64,000 nt of DNA from Thecamonas trahens ATCC 50062 (lineage: Eukaryota; Protista; Apusomonadida). Below, in pieces: positions 35,632 to 45,307 of this stretch. The DNA lies in contig NW_013657659.1 in assembly GCF_000142905.1 (NCBI RefSeq), forward strand, positions 213,487 through 277,486. Reading direction: 5' to 3'. A model generated the notes under the pieces. That model worked only from the letters and a program-made list of their open reading frames with translations. It was not told where the DNA came from and did not search any database. The number at the start of each line of letters is the position of its first letter. Position 1 is the first letter of the stretch. The position numbers and the translations under genes are program-made.

Positions 35632-35847
35632 GCACCATCCTCCCCCTCCCCCTTCCCCCCCCCCCCCCTTTCCTCGGGCCTACCACGACCATCATCCATT
35701 CCATCCCCATCATGAAACACCCCCCCCAAGAAGAGAGGTCGGTCTAGGAGGTGCTTGAAAGAAGTTCTAGGTATTCGCTCGAAGGAGCTCAAAATGCCGG
35801 AGCGTACAACATCCGCAATGAAAGACGTCTAGTTGGGGGCCTGCCTA

Positions 35848-36044
35848 GTGAGCGTGGGTCTCTCCTCTGTGACGTTTTTGTCTCTTCTTTTGAGACGGCG
35901 ACACCCCTCAGGTGAGGTTAGCGCCAAGCCGGAAAGGACGGCATCCCTAGTGCGTGCGGTGGACCCCGATATCGAGCGTGCCCCTAGGAGGATACAAAGC
36001 GCAGAAGTGAAACACACACAGGGGGAGGCAGTGTCTCCACTCAC
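35848..36044 (+). ncRNA. Candidate structured RNA, family unknown
   Basis: Long closing stem plus four internal hairpins found by eye. G-U pairs favour the + strand. Confidence 0.3.
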
Positions 36045-36056
36045 CCCCTCTAACCC

Positions 36057-36156
36057 NNNNNNNNNNNNNNNNNNNNNNNNNNNNNNNNNNNNNNNNNNNN
36101 NNNNNNNNNNNNNNNNNNNNNNNNNNNNNNNNNNNNNNNNNNNNNNNNNNNNNNNN
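36057..36156. other. Assembly gap
   Basis: N run. Confidence 1.
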
Positions 36157-36265
36157 CGCTCTCCCTGGGTCCCCATCCCCATCCACATGCCACTCGTCAG
36201 CGCTCGCAACCGCAACCAACCGCAGCCACTCGTCGCTCTCGCCCCTCCCCGCCCCGCCCAACTCC

Positions 36266-37990
36266 ATGGTGCGGTTTGACGCAGACTTTGAGACGGGCAA
36301 CCTGGCAAGGGTAGAGCCAGCACCCGCGCGCAGACATGCCTTCTGTCTGTGGCTTCGTGGAAGCGAGTGCGAGGATGCCGTCGGCAGAGAACCTGCTCAA
36401 GCCGCCGACCACGACGGCTGGTTCCACTTCCGACTCACCGACATGGCGCCAGAGACGACGTACACGCTGACGCTGATGAACCTGCCTCTTGCGCTCAAGC
36501 GCATCTACGCCAAGGATGTTCGTCCGCTGGTAGCATGGGGTGCCGATGGGTCCTGGGTCCGCCTCGAAGGCCCCTGCCAGTTCAAGACCTCCGCCAACGC
36601 TCTCCAGCTGCGGTTCAAGATCCGCGCGACGAGGGCATCGCCGGCCAACTCGCGTCTGGGGCCGGACGTCGGTGGCTCGTCCGACGACGCCTCATCAGAT
36701 CTCCCGCATCGGCCTGCTGTCGGATCATCCGCTGACGAGCTGGCTAGCGTCCGCATCGCCGCCTGGCTGCCGTACTCGCATGCAGAGCTCCAGTCCACAC
36801 TGAGTGGCCTGGACGCCAAGTTTGGCAGCCGGCGCCGTGGGCGGAGCAGCAAGCTTGCGCCGCGCGTCTTTTACGCGCGTGAGCTTCTCGCTCGCTCACG
36901 GCTCGGCCGCCGCATCGACCTACTCACCGTCACCCAAGATGTGGCCGCGCCACCGCCGCTCCCACCAGTCGCCGACGTCGCCAAGCCGTCGCCGCACTCG
37001 GAGACCTCGGGCAACTCACGGTCGGGAGCAACTGTCGGTGGTACAACAACTGACGCCAGCGGCGACGCCCGAAGCAGGTCGTGCGGGCACGCGCTGCGCC
37101 GCGCCTCCCGTCCTCGGCCCTCGATGCGCAAGACTACGTCGACGGCGCGTTCCCGGACCGAACCTCGCCGCGGCCGCCCATCTTTCCCACTCGTCAGGTC
37201 GTGCTCATCTTTGCGCGGGTAGTGGCATCTGACTCACCGGCGTCACATGTGGTCGACGCCTTGATCCGCGCGCTCACGTCCGACTCGGCGGTGGCCACAC
37301 TCCTCCGCTCGCGCTTTGTCTTTAACATTGTGCCAATGGTCAACCCGGACGGCGTAGCGGGTGGCTGCAACGACGCTACTGTCAACGGCGTGGACGTTGC
37401 GGAAGCCTTGGCCGCGCGCAGCGACGACGGCATCGCCAGCCGCACACCGGGCGCTGCCGCGCTGAGAGCGCTCGCTGCTGCGCTCGGCAAGCGCCGATCG
37501 GTGGCGTATGTGTTTGAGCTCCGGGCCAACGTGGCCCGTCGGCACACCCGGATTCTCGGTAACGCGCTCCCGAACGCGTACGATCAGACCAGCAACGCGC
37601 TGTTTGCGCTCCTCTTCGCGCGCGCCTCGCCGTTTGTCAACATCGGGTCGGAAACGCCGTCGTCAACACTTTTCACCCCGCTCGGCGAGCCGTCCACCTT
37701 GTCACATCCCGCCTTCCATGACCTCACGCGGGCTGTCCATGCGTACACGGTCAAGGTTGCGGCACATGCGTTGCCACGCAAAGGTCTGCCCCGCGCGCCT
37801 CATCCGCCGGCCGATCCAGGTGGCTACATTCACACGGCGCATGCGCTGCTTGAGGCGATGGCGGACATGGCGGGAGGTGCCGGCGGTGAAGGCACCTTGC
37901 TTGCCGATCGCGCAAAGGTGGCGATGTCGGTCCCGCTTGCGCCGCTAGCGGCGTCGGCGGCAGCGCTCGGACTTGACTCGGGCTCGGCGC
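36266..37990 (+). CDS. CCP5/AGBL5-like cytosolic carboxypeptidase module, catalytically degenerate; N-terminal part of a probable fusion; apparent frameshift near 37068-37070
   Basis: FDADFETGNL, WFHFRL, PYSH, FYARELLARSRLGRRIDLLTVT, FPDRTSPRP and FVFNIVPMVNPDGV. The zinc motif HPGE reads VASD. Confidence 0.8.
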
Positions 37991-39664
37991 GACTGCTTTT
38001 TGCGCCTCGTCTCCAGCGCCGACACTGGTCTTCTCGGCCGTTCGCAAGGTTTCGGCCAAGCAGCGCAACTTGGCGCTTGAAGCTGCGTTTGCGCCGCGAC
38101 CGGCGCCGACATATCGACTCGCGCACGTCTCGTCGGCCTCCTTCGAACAACGCTCACGGCGCACGGCTTTGTCGACGCTGGCCCTGATCACCGTGGCTGG
38201 ACGCTGTTCTGGGTCGGGCGGCACATCAGGCCGGCGCTGCTGGTGGCGATGCAGCCGTACCAAAAGGTCAACCACTTTCCGCTCTCGTCCGAGTTGACTC
38301 GCAAGACCGAGCTGACGCTCAACTACGAAACAGCACGGGCGCAAGCTGGCGACGCGCTCTTCGACTTTATGCCGCAGACGTTTGCGCTGCCACGGCAGGC
38401 CGACGAGCTACGTGCGGCAATCGAGTCTGGGGCGAGCGACTCGCCGCTGTGGATCTACAAGCCATCGTCGGGCGCGTGCGGACGCGGCATTGCGGTGCTC
38501 GACTCGCTAGCCAAGGTGCCTGCGCTCGACAAGCCGGCGGTGGTGCAGGCGTACTTGGACAACCCGCTCCTTGTCGACGGGCGCAAGTTTGATCTCCGAC
38601 TGTATGTGGTGGTGACCTCGTTTGCGCCGCTGAGGGCGTTTCTGTACGAAAACGGCCTCGCACGGTTTGCCAACCTCCCATACACGTCTGCGGCTCAGTC
38701 GCTGGACTCTGCAGCGACGCACCTCACCAACGTCTCACTCAACAAGCGGCACAAGGAGTTTGTGAAGAACGCTTCGGCAGCCGACGATGGGGTCGGATCG
38801 GTCTGGTCGGTGCGTGCAATGCGAGTGCGGCTGGCGGCCATGGGGTTTGACGTGGGAGCCATCTTTGCCGCCATCGAGCGAGTCATTGTGGCTGCGCTGA
38901 GTGCAGTGGAGCCAGCGATTGCGCCGCATGTGGCCGGGCATCCATTCCTGCCGTGCTTTGAGCTCTTTGGCTTTGACGTCATTCTCGACGCCGACGCCAA
39001 GCCTTGGCTCCTCGAGGTCAACTCGTTTCCGTCGGTCTCGTGTGGAACGCCTATGGATCTGGACATCAAGTCTCGACTTGTGGCAGACATTTTTACGCTT
39101 ATCGGCCTGGTGCCGCCTGCTTACCGCGAGGCCGTACCCAAGGCGAGCTCGACCGTGGACGCGGCTCGGGCGGAGCTGGCACGGGCCGGAGAGACCGGGT
39201 TCAAGTGCATTTATCCGGTGCCCACGGCGGCGGCAGCGGCAGCCGGGTACGATGCTCTTCCGCTGAGCGTGCCGTATGCCGACGATGAGGTGGAGGCTGT
39301 GTTTGGCGATGCCGGGGTCGAGACATTTGACCCGTCGGTGCCGCTGACGCCTGCGGCGGCACGAGTGGTGTTCCGGGCCTATCTGCGTGCAATGGCAGAG
39401 CGGCTGGGCGACGGTGGGGAGGTGGATCCGGCTATTTCAGAGTTTGTGGTGATGACGAGCAAGTATGCCGAGGTGCGGTCGAGTGATGAGCTGACGGCGC
39501 TCCGTGAGTACATTGCAGCGCATGAGGCAGCTGACCTGGCGCGCGGCGGGAGCAGCAGCGAGCAGCTGATGCATTTCATTGCTGGGGCGAGCGAGGACGA
39601 GCTCGAGTCCCTGCTCAAGGCTGTCCACGAGTATGTGCCTGCGGCGGTGCTGATGCATGTCTGA
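37991..39664 (+). CDS. TTLL5: TTLL5-like tubulin glutamylase module; C-terminal part of a probable fusion; apparent frameshifts at 37997-38001 and 38135-38136
   Basis: TLTAHGF..W.LFW.G.H, QKVNHFP..ELTRK, WIYKP, KFDLRLYV, HLTN, FELFGFDV and WLLEVN. TTLL5-type tail ARVVFRAYL and FIAGASEDELE. Confidence 0.88.
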
Positions 39665-39681
39665 GAGGGCTAGCAGGCAAG

Positions 39682-41915
39682 TCACCAGTCCGAGTCCGAG
39701 TCCCAGTCATCGTCGTCCGAGTCGACAACAACAACCTTGCGGCGGTCGCCCATGGCAGACGCGAGCGCAGCGGCAATGCCGGTGAGCGGCGGTGAGGCCA
39801 CAGCGGGAGCGGAGGTGGAGCCAAGGTCGGTGCGCTCGGGGGCGCCGACCTTTTTGAGCGATGCCACGCCCTGGTGGGATTGGATGGATGAGAGTAGCGA
39901 GCCACGACCAGCGCCAACGGTGGGGCGAGTGCGTGCGGTGGCTGGCGTGGCGGCGGCGGCTGGAGGCGGCGGTGGCGGCGGCGGCAGCGCACCAGAGCCA
40001 GCCGAAGCCGGTGTGGCCCTGGCCTTGGCCTTGCCGCCCTTGCGGATGGAGGCGCCGGGCGGCGGAGGCGGTGGAGGCGGGGGCGGAGCGCCGCCGAACG
40101 GCGGCGGCGGCGGTGGCGGCGGCGGGGCGGCAGAATCACCGTCTGTCGCAAGAGCTGCGGCGGCCGAGTCACCGAGGGAGGTCGACTTGGAAGTGAAGCG
40201 ACGCTTGAGGGTCTGCCAGCGCGACTTGCGCTTGCCAGCGAGGGCATCGGGGATGCCGCTCTCGGGAGGGGCGTCGACGCGGCGGCAGAGGCCGTGGTCG
40301 ACAAGAGCCTTCAGCCAAAACTCGACCTCAGCCTCGGTCTCTGCCAGGAGCCAATAGGTATTGAGATTGCGGCGTGCGACGTAAAAGGTGGTACCAGGAA
40401 GAAAGCCATCCCGGTCGACCTTGCCAACGGTGCAGCCTGCGACGATGACGGAGCCGCGCGGCTTGTTGTCAGGCGAGAGGTTCTTAAAGTAGTAGAGGAC
40501 CATCTCTTGGAGGACGCAGTAGCGCTGGCGCCACTTGCTATTGGAGCTTCCCTCTTTGGCGAGATAGCCGGCCATGTCTGCGGCGCCGAGGTCGGAGAGC
40601 AGCATATCGTGCTTGGCCTTTGTGGCAGTGTCCGAGTCAGGCTCGGCACCGGCGCTAGGGTCGCGGGCAGGACGAGACAAGCCGTGCGGCGTGGCCGATG
40701 GGATGGCAGCAATGATGGCGGCGGTGGCCTCTGAGTCGTCGATTCCGATGGAGGCGAAGAATTCGTGATCTGCATCCTCCAACTCGTCTCCGTCGACCTC
40801 ATTGGCCTGACAGGCGTGTGCGGCAGCGTCAAAGCCAGCCGCGATGAGCCACTGGCAAACCTGGTAGGTGGTACGCGACCGGCGCCAAGAGCTAGCAAGC
40901 TCGGCCATGTCGGGCGCCGAGATGACGTCGGATGGGTTGTGGTCAACAAGTGACGGCAGGGCGTCCATTGACTTGGCAGCATCGACCGGGCGCGAGCGGA
41001 CCGGCTCGGGCGTCTTGGCGCGGGTGTGGACAGCCGTGGTGTCGACAACCGGGAGGAGCGGCATGGATTGGATGGCTGAGGCCGACTTGCGCCGCTTCGG
41101 CGGCGGGGCTGGAGGACCGCCTGTTAGCTGGCCGGGGATGCTGAGCAGTCCGGCGCCAGGCTTGGGTTTGGGCTTGGGCACGGGAGCCGGCTTGGGCTGC
41201 GTGATTGGCGATGCAGCGGACGGCTTGGGCACGGGCGCCGGCGGTGTCTTCTTGGGCACAGGCTCGGGCTTGGGCATGGGCTTGGGTACAGGTGCCGGTG
41301 GGGTCTTCTTGGGTACGGGCGCTGGTGGTGTCTTCTTGGGTACAGGTGCAGGTGGGGTCTTCTTGGGTACGGGCGCTGGTGGTGTCTTCTTGGGTACAGG
41401 TGCCGGTGGGGTCTTCTTGGGCACAGGCTCGGGCTTGGGCATGGGCTTGGGTACAGGTGCCGGTGGGGTCTTCTTGGGTACGGGCGCTGGTGGTGTCTTC
41501 TTGGGTACAGGTGCCGGTGGTGTCTTCTTGGGTACGGGCTCGGGCTCGGGCTTGGCCATAGGCTCGGGCTCGGGCTCAGGCTCGGGCTCGGGCTTGGGCT
41601 TGGGCTTGGGCTTGGGCTTGGCGACGGGCGGAGCAGCGGCGGCAGCAGCATCAGCAGCAGCAAGCGAGTCGGCGGCAAAGGCCACCGATCGCTTGCGGAC
41701 AAGATCCGACTTTGGCAAAAGAGGCGGAGGAGCAGCCTTGGACCGCTTGGGCGGCGGCCTCGAGGCGCCTAGTCGGCGACGAGGTGACGACGACGGCGAG
41801 GAGGACAAGTCCAAGATGAGCCGAGCAGAGGTAAGTAAACAGAGAAGGATGAGAGGTAGGAGGTGGAAAGGGGGGGGGGGGGGGGGGGTGAGAGGTCCGT
41901 ACCCGAGCCGTGCAT
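39682..41915 (-). CDS. Pro-rich repeat-SAM-PH-polyPro-WH2/C/A protein (putative Arp2/3 nucleation-promoting factor); intron 41769-41902
   Basis: SAM-like [11 protein letters not shown]...NEVDGDEL...[13 protein letters not shown]...WRQRYCVL...LYYFK...FWLKAL. WH2 RGSLLSSIQ...LKKV. Central [13 protein letters not shown]. Acidic [13 protein letters not shown]. Confidence 0.85.
41222..41620 (-). repeat. Coding tandem repeats: 27-bp PVPKKTPPA (about 9 copies) plus (KP)n/(EP)n
   Basis: Visible periodic GTCTTCTTGGG(T/C)AC units. Confidence 0.9.
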
Positions 41916-42062
41916 GGTCAGGTGGTGCCCTCCAAGGCGGCGTTGCTACTCCCTTTGCAAAAGGTGCCACTCCCCGGCCGACGCACCTGCAAACGCCACT
42001 TTGGTCACATGGCGCATCCGGCTGGGCCTGCCGACGGGCGGCGGGCTAAACTGGCCGTGCGG

Positions 42063-42123
42063 CGACCGACCGACGACGACCGACCGATGACGACCGACCG
42101 ACCGACCGACCGACCTACGACGA
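42063..42123. repeat. (CGAC)n-rich tract in the divergent WCA-gene/PITH promoter
   Basis: CGACCGACCGAC... directly visible. Confidence 0.85.
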
Positions 42124-42167
42124 AGCGCAGGTCGCGGCGACGGCACTCGTCTCTGACCTCGGCTGCG

Positions 42168-42798
42168 ATGGACACGGGGGGACACGGCGGAGGATGCGAA
42201 CACTGCGTGGAGCAGGGCGAGGGCTTGTCGCTCTTCGAGGTCATCGACACTGCAGCGGTGGTGGCCTTCAACGAGGAGACCGAGGGCGGCAGCTGGCGTC
42301 TTTGTGCCCTACACCGAGCGCTTCGGCTCGCATCCGCCGCTGGTCTCGGACGCCGATGCGCAGCTCATCATTCACATCCCGTTCACGGCTAGCGTCAAGC
42401 TTCAGTCGCTGGTGGTCATGGGCGATGGTGACTCGGCGTTCTTCCCGGCGCATGTCAAGCTCTTTGCCAACCCGCGCGCCGTCATCGACTTCTCCAACGC
42501 CGACGACCTGGAGCCGACGCAGGAGCTGGACCTCGCGGCCGACGCACTGGGCGTCATGCCACACCTGGTCAACCCGCCCAAGTTCTCGTCGCTCTCTTCG
42601 CTCACTCTCTATATCACCGCAAACGGCTCCGGCGACGACGACGAGCAGACCCGCATCAAGTACATCGGCCTCGGCGGTGAGCACTCGGCGCTGGTGGGCT
42701 CGCGCGAGGTCGTCATCACCGCCTACGAGTCGCGCCCGCAGCCATCCGACCACAAGACCAAGGCCGACGCCTTTGGCGGAACAAGCTCTATCTTTTGA
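42168..42798 (+). CDS. PITHD1: PITH domain protein (PITHD1-like); apparent frameshift near 42284-42287
   Basis: SLFEVID...FNE in one frame. GVFVPY..R..LVSDADAQLIIHIPFTASVKL, TRIKYIGLGGE and YESRPQPSDHK in the next frame. Confidence 0.85.
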
Positions 42799-42821
42799 TG
42801 AGGGGATAAACCGCTGGTTTG

Positions 42822-44552
42822 CTACCACCGACGGTGTCTGCGCGAGCTGTGAGCGCTGCGCTTGCCAGGCGAACCCGCCAGCGACGCCATCATCGACAGC
42901 AGATCCAAATCGGCTTCGGACGGCTCGTATTCTCCAGCCTGAACAGACGGCTCGGAGAAGAGTGATCGGTTGTGTCGCCGCGAGCTGCGGTGTCGCCGCG
43001 ATGCATTCTGCCGCCGCGATGCATTCTGCCGCCGCGATGCCTGGTGGCGAGGCGGCGGAGGTGGGCGTGGCGGCGGCGACGGCGAGCGCGGCGGCGGCGG
43101 CGATGCAAATCCGACGCCTGACGCCTCCAGCTCGTCGACCAGATCAAAGAGCGAGTAGACTCGCGTCTGTGGTGGCTCGGCATACAGCGACGTGTGGTGG
43201 GTGTGGGTGCGGGAGTGGGAGAGGCGTGACGCCCGCGGCGGCGACGGTGACCGCGACGGCGACCGCGGGTACTCGACACGTGAGCGATGTCGCCGCCTCG
43301 ACCGGTCGGGCGAGGCCGGAGAGTCAGGAACCCGGTGCTTGGCGCGAAAGTAGGCGCGGTAAATGGCTTCGGCCGCGCGCTCCATGGCCAAGGTCTCCGA
43401 ATCATTCCCCTCGTCAGCTTCGTCGTAGGTAAACTCAGAGTAGCAAGCGTCGCCTTCATCGTCGTAGCCCGAGTACGGTTCGAGCTCATCGTCGTAGACG
43501 TAGCCGGTCTCAGCCTCATCATCGTCGTCATCATCGGCAAAGCTGAGCGCCGCACCGCGGCGTGGAGCGAGATCGTCGTCTGCGGCCTCTGCTGCGCGCT
43601 CGACCTCCATGATCCGCGCACGCAGCGCTTGGACTCGACGTGCCGGAGTGATGACTGCCGGAGCGCTGTCAGGGCTCGGGCGCGGCGGCGTAGTACCGGC
43701 GTGGATGGCGCGCAGCCGCTCGTACTCGGCCAGCAGTGACGATGCAGCCAGCGACTCGGAGACCTGCGCCTGGACCTCGGGCGGAACACTCTGCCGCTGA
43801 GCCATGCCTGGCGTCAGTGGCGAGACAGAGGGCGAGAGAAGAAGCGAGTCGTTGGCTGGTGTCTGGCCCGCGGCCGGTTTGGTCACTGCCAGCATCGGCG
43901 GGGTGTGGACCACCGGTGAGCCCTCCACCGACGCGACCGCGGGCGGGCGGATCGGCGACATAGGCGTCCGATGCGGCGGGGCGCGGTGACGCAGCGAGGA
44001 AGCTGGGCTGCAGTGCGCCTGTGTCAGTGCCTGTGTCTGCGCCGACGCCTGCGCCTCGGCCCTGGCCTGCGCTTCGGCCTCAGCCTGGGCCTTGGCTTCT
44101 GCCTCAGCCTGGGCCTTGGCTTCGGCCTCAGCTCGGGCCTGCGCTTCGGCCTCGGCCCTGGCCTGCGCTTCGGCCTCAGCCTGGGCCTTGGCTTCTGCCT
44201 CGGCCTGGGCCCGCGCCTCGGCCTTGGCGCGAGCGGCAGCATCCTCGAGCGCGCGGGCTTCTGCGCGGGCCTTGGCCTCTGCCATGGCTTTGTGCTCATG
44301 CTCGAGCCGGGCTAGCTTGTCCTTTGCCGCGGCAGCATCAGCGAGCTTGGCCTGGACAGAGAGCGACTTGCCGATGATGGCATCGTTCTGCGAGCGCAGC
44401 CTGTCGAGGCGGTCCTGGAAGCCCGCGCGCTCCGACTCCATGACTTGGACGATGCGCTGGTTGTCGGCCTCTGCCTGCGACAGCTTGCGCAGCAGCTCGC
44501 CTAACCGACCCCCGCCCGTCCCCACCTGCGCCTCCCGCAGAGGGCTGCTCAT
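42822..44552 (-). CDS. Coiled-coil / low-complexity hypothetical protein with AEAEAQAR/AEAEAKAQ repeats
   Basis: Long ORF from MSSPLREAQ, with 24-bp repeats at about 44040-44230. The 5' end is uncertain because of the gap. Confidence 0.6.
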   Translation of the reverse strand: MSSPLREAQVGTGGGRLGELLRKLSQAEADNQRIVQVMESERAGFQDRLDRLRSQNDAIIGKSLSVQAKLADAAAAKDKLARLEHEHKAMAEAKARAEARALEDAAARAKAEARAQAEAEAKAQAEAEAQARAEAEAQARAEAEAKAQAEAEAKAQAEAEAQARAEAQASAQTQALTQAHCSPASSLRHRAPPHRTPMSPIRPPAVASVEGSPVVHTPPMLAVTKPAAGQTPANDSLLLSPSVSPLTPGMAQRQSVPPEVQAQVSESLAASSLLAEYERLRAIHAGTTPPRPSPDSAPAVITPARRVQALRARIMEVERAAEAADDDLAPRRGAALSFADDDDDDEAETGYVYDDELEPYSGYDDEGDACYSEFTYDEADEGNDSETLAMERAAEAIYRAYFRAKHRVPDSPASPDRSRRRHRSRVEYPRSPSRSPSPPRASRLSHSRTHTHHTSLYAEPPQTRVYSLFDLVDELEASGVGFASPPPPRSPSPPPRPPPPPRHQASRRQNASRRQNASRRHRSSRRHNRSLFSEPSVQAGEYEPSEADLDLLSMMASLAGSPGKRSAHSSRRHRRW

Positions 44553-44694
44553 CTCTGCCTCGCCAGCTGCCGTCTCTGCGACACGTGTTGCCGTCTTGCT
44601 GCAAGACGCCCGCCAGCCCGCCCTGCCCGCCAACTGGGTCAGCTCGGCTGCCCGCACGGCGCCAAAACCGGAGCTGAGCCACGGAAGGGGGGGG

Positions 44695-44828
44695 NNNNNN
44701 NNNNNNNNNNNNNNNNNNNNNNNNNNNNNNNNNNNNNNNNNNNNNNNNNNNNNNNNNNNNNNNNNNNNNNNNNNNNNNNNNNNNNNNNNNNNNNNNNNNN
44801 NNNNNNNNNNNNNNNNNNNNNNNNNNNN
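44695..44828. other. Assembly gap
   Basis: N run. Confidence 1.
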
Positions 44829-45307
44829 GGGGGGGGGGGGAATGGCACGATAACGGAGCTTAACACCAGCACTCATTCGATGGTGCAGCTCTGGCATGCA
44901 GACAGCCCATCCATGCCGCCAACGCCGTTCATCGCGCAAATACCGATCACCTACACCCCCCCCCCCCTCACCCCCTCGCCCATTACCCACACAGATCGCC
45001 CTCTTCATCCGTCAATCAATCAAACAATCAAACAATCATGCCCCACCACCCACACCCCCCCCTTCCCCATCTTCCCCATCCCCATCCCTCCCCACCCCCA
45101 TCACCCCATCATATCCACCCCCATTCCCCATACACGCTACTCCCCCAACACTCCCCGTCCGATCTCTGCGCACCAAACAGATTGAGTCTCAGAAGACATG
45201 GCCCCGAGCCGGCAAGCAGAGAGTGGGGCGCGTGTCGGCGCACAGCCGCCGTTGGCCGCCACTCGTCGCCACCACGACTCGACCGTTGAGGCAGAGGCAC
45301 TGGGGCT

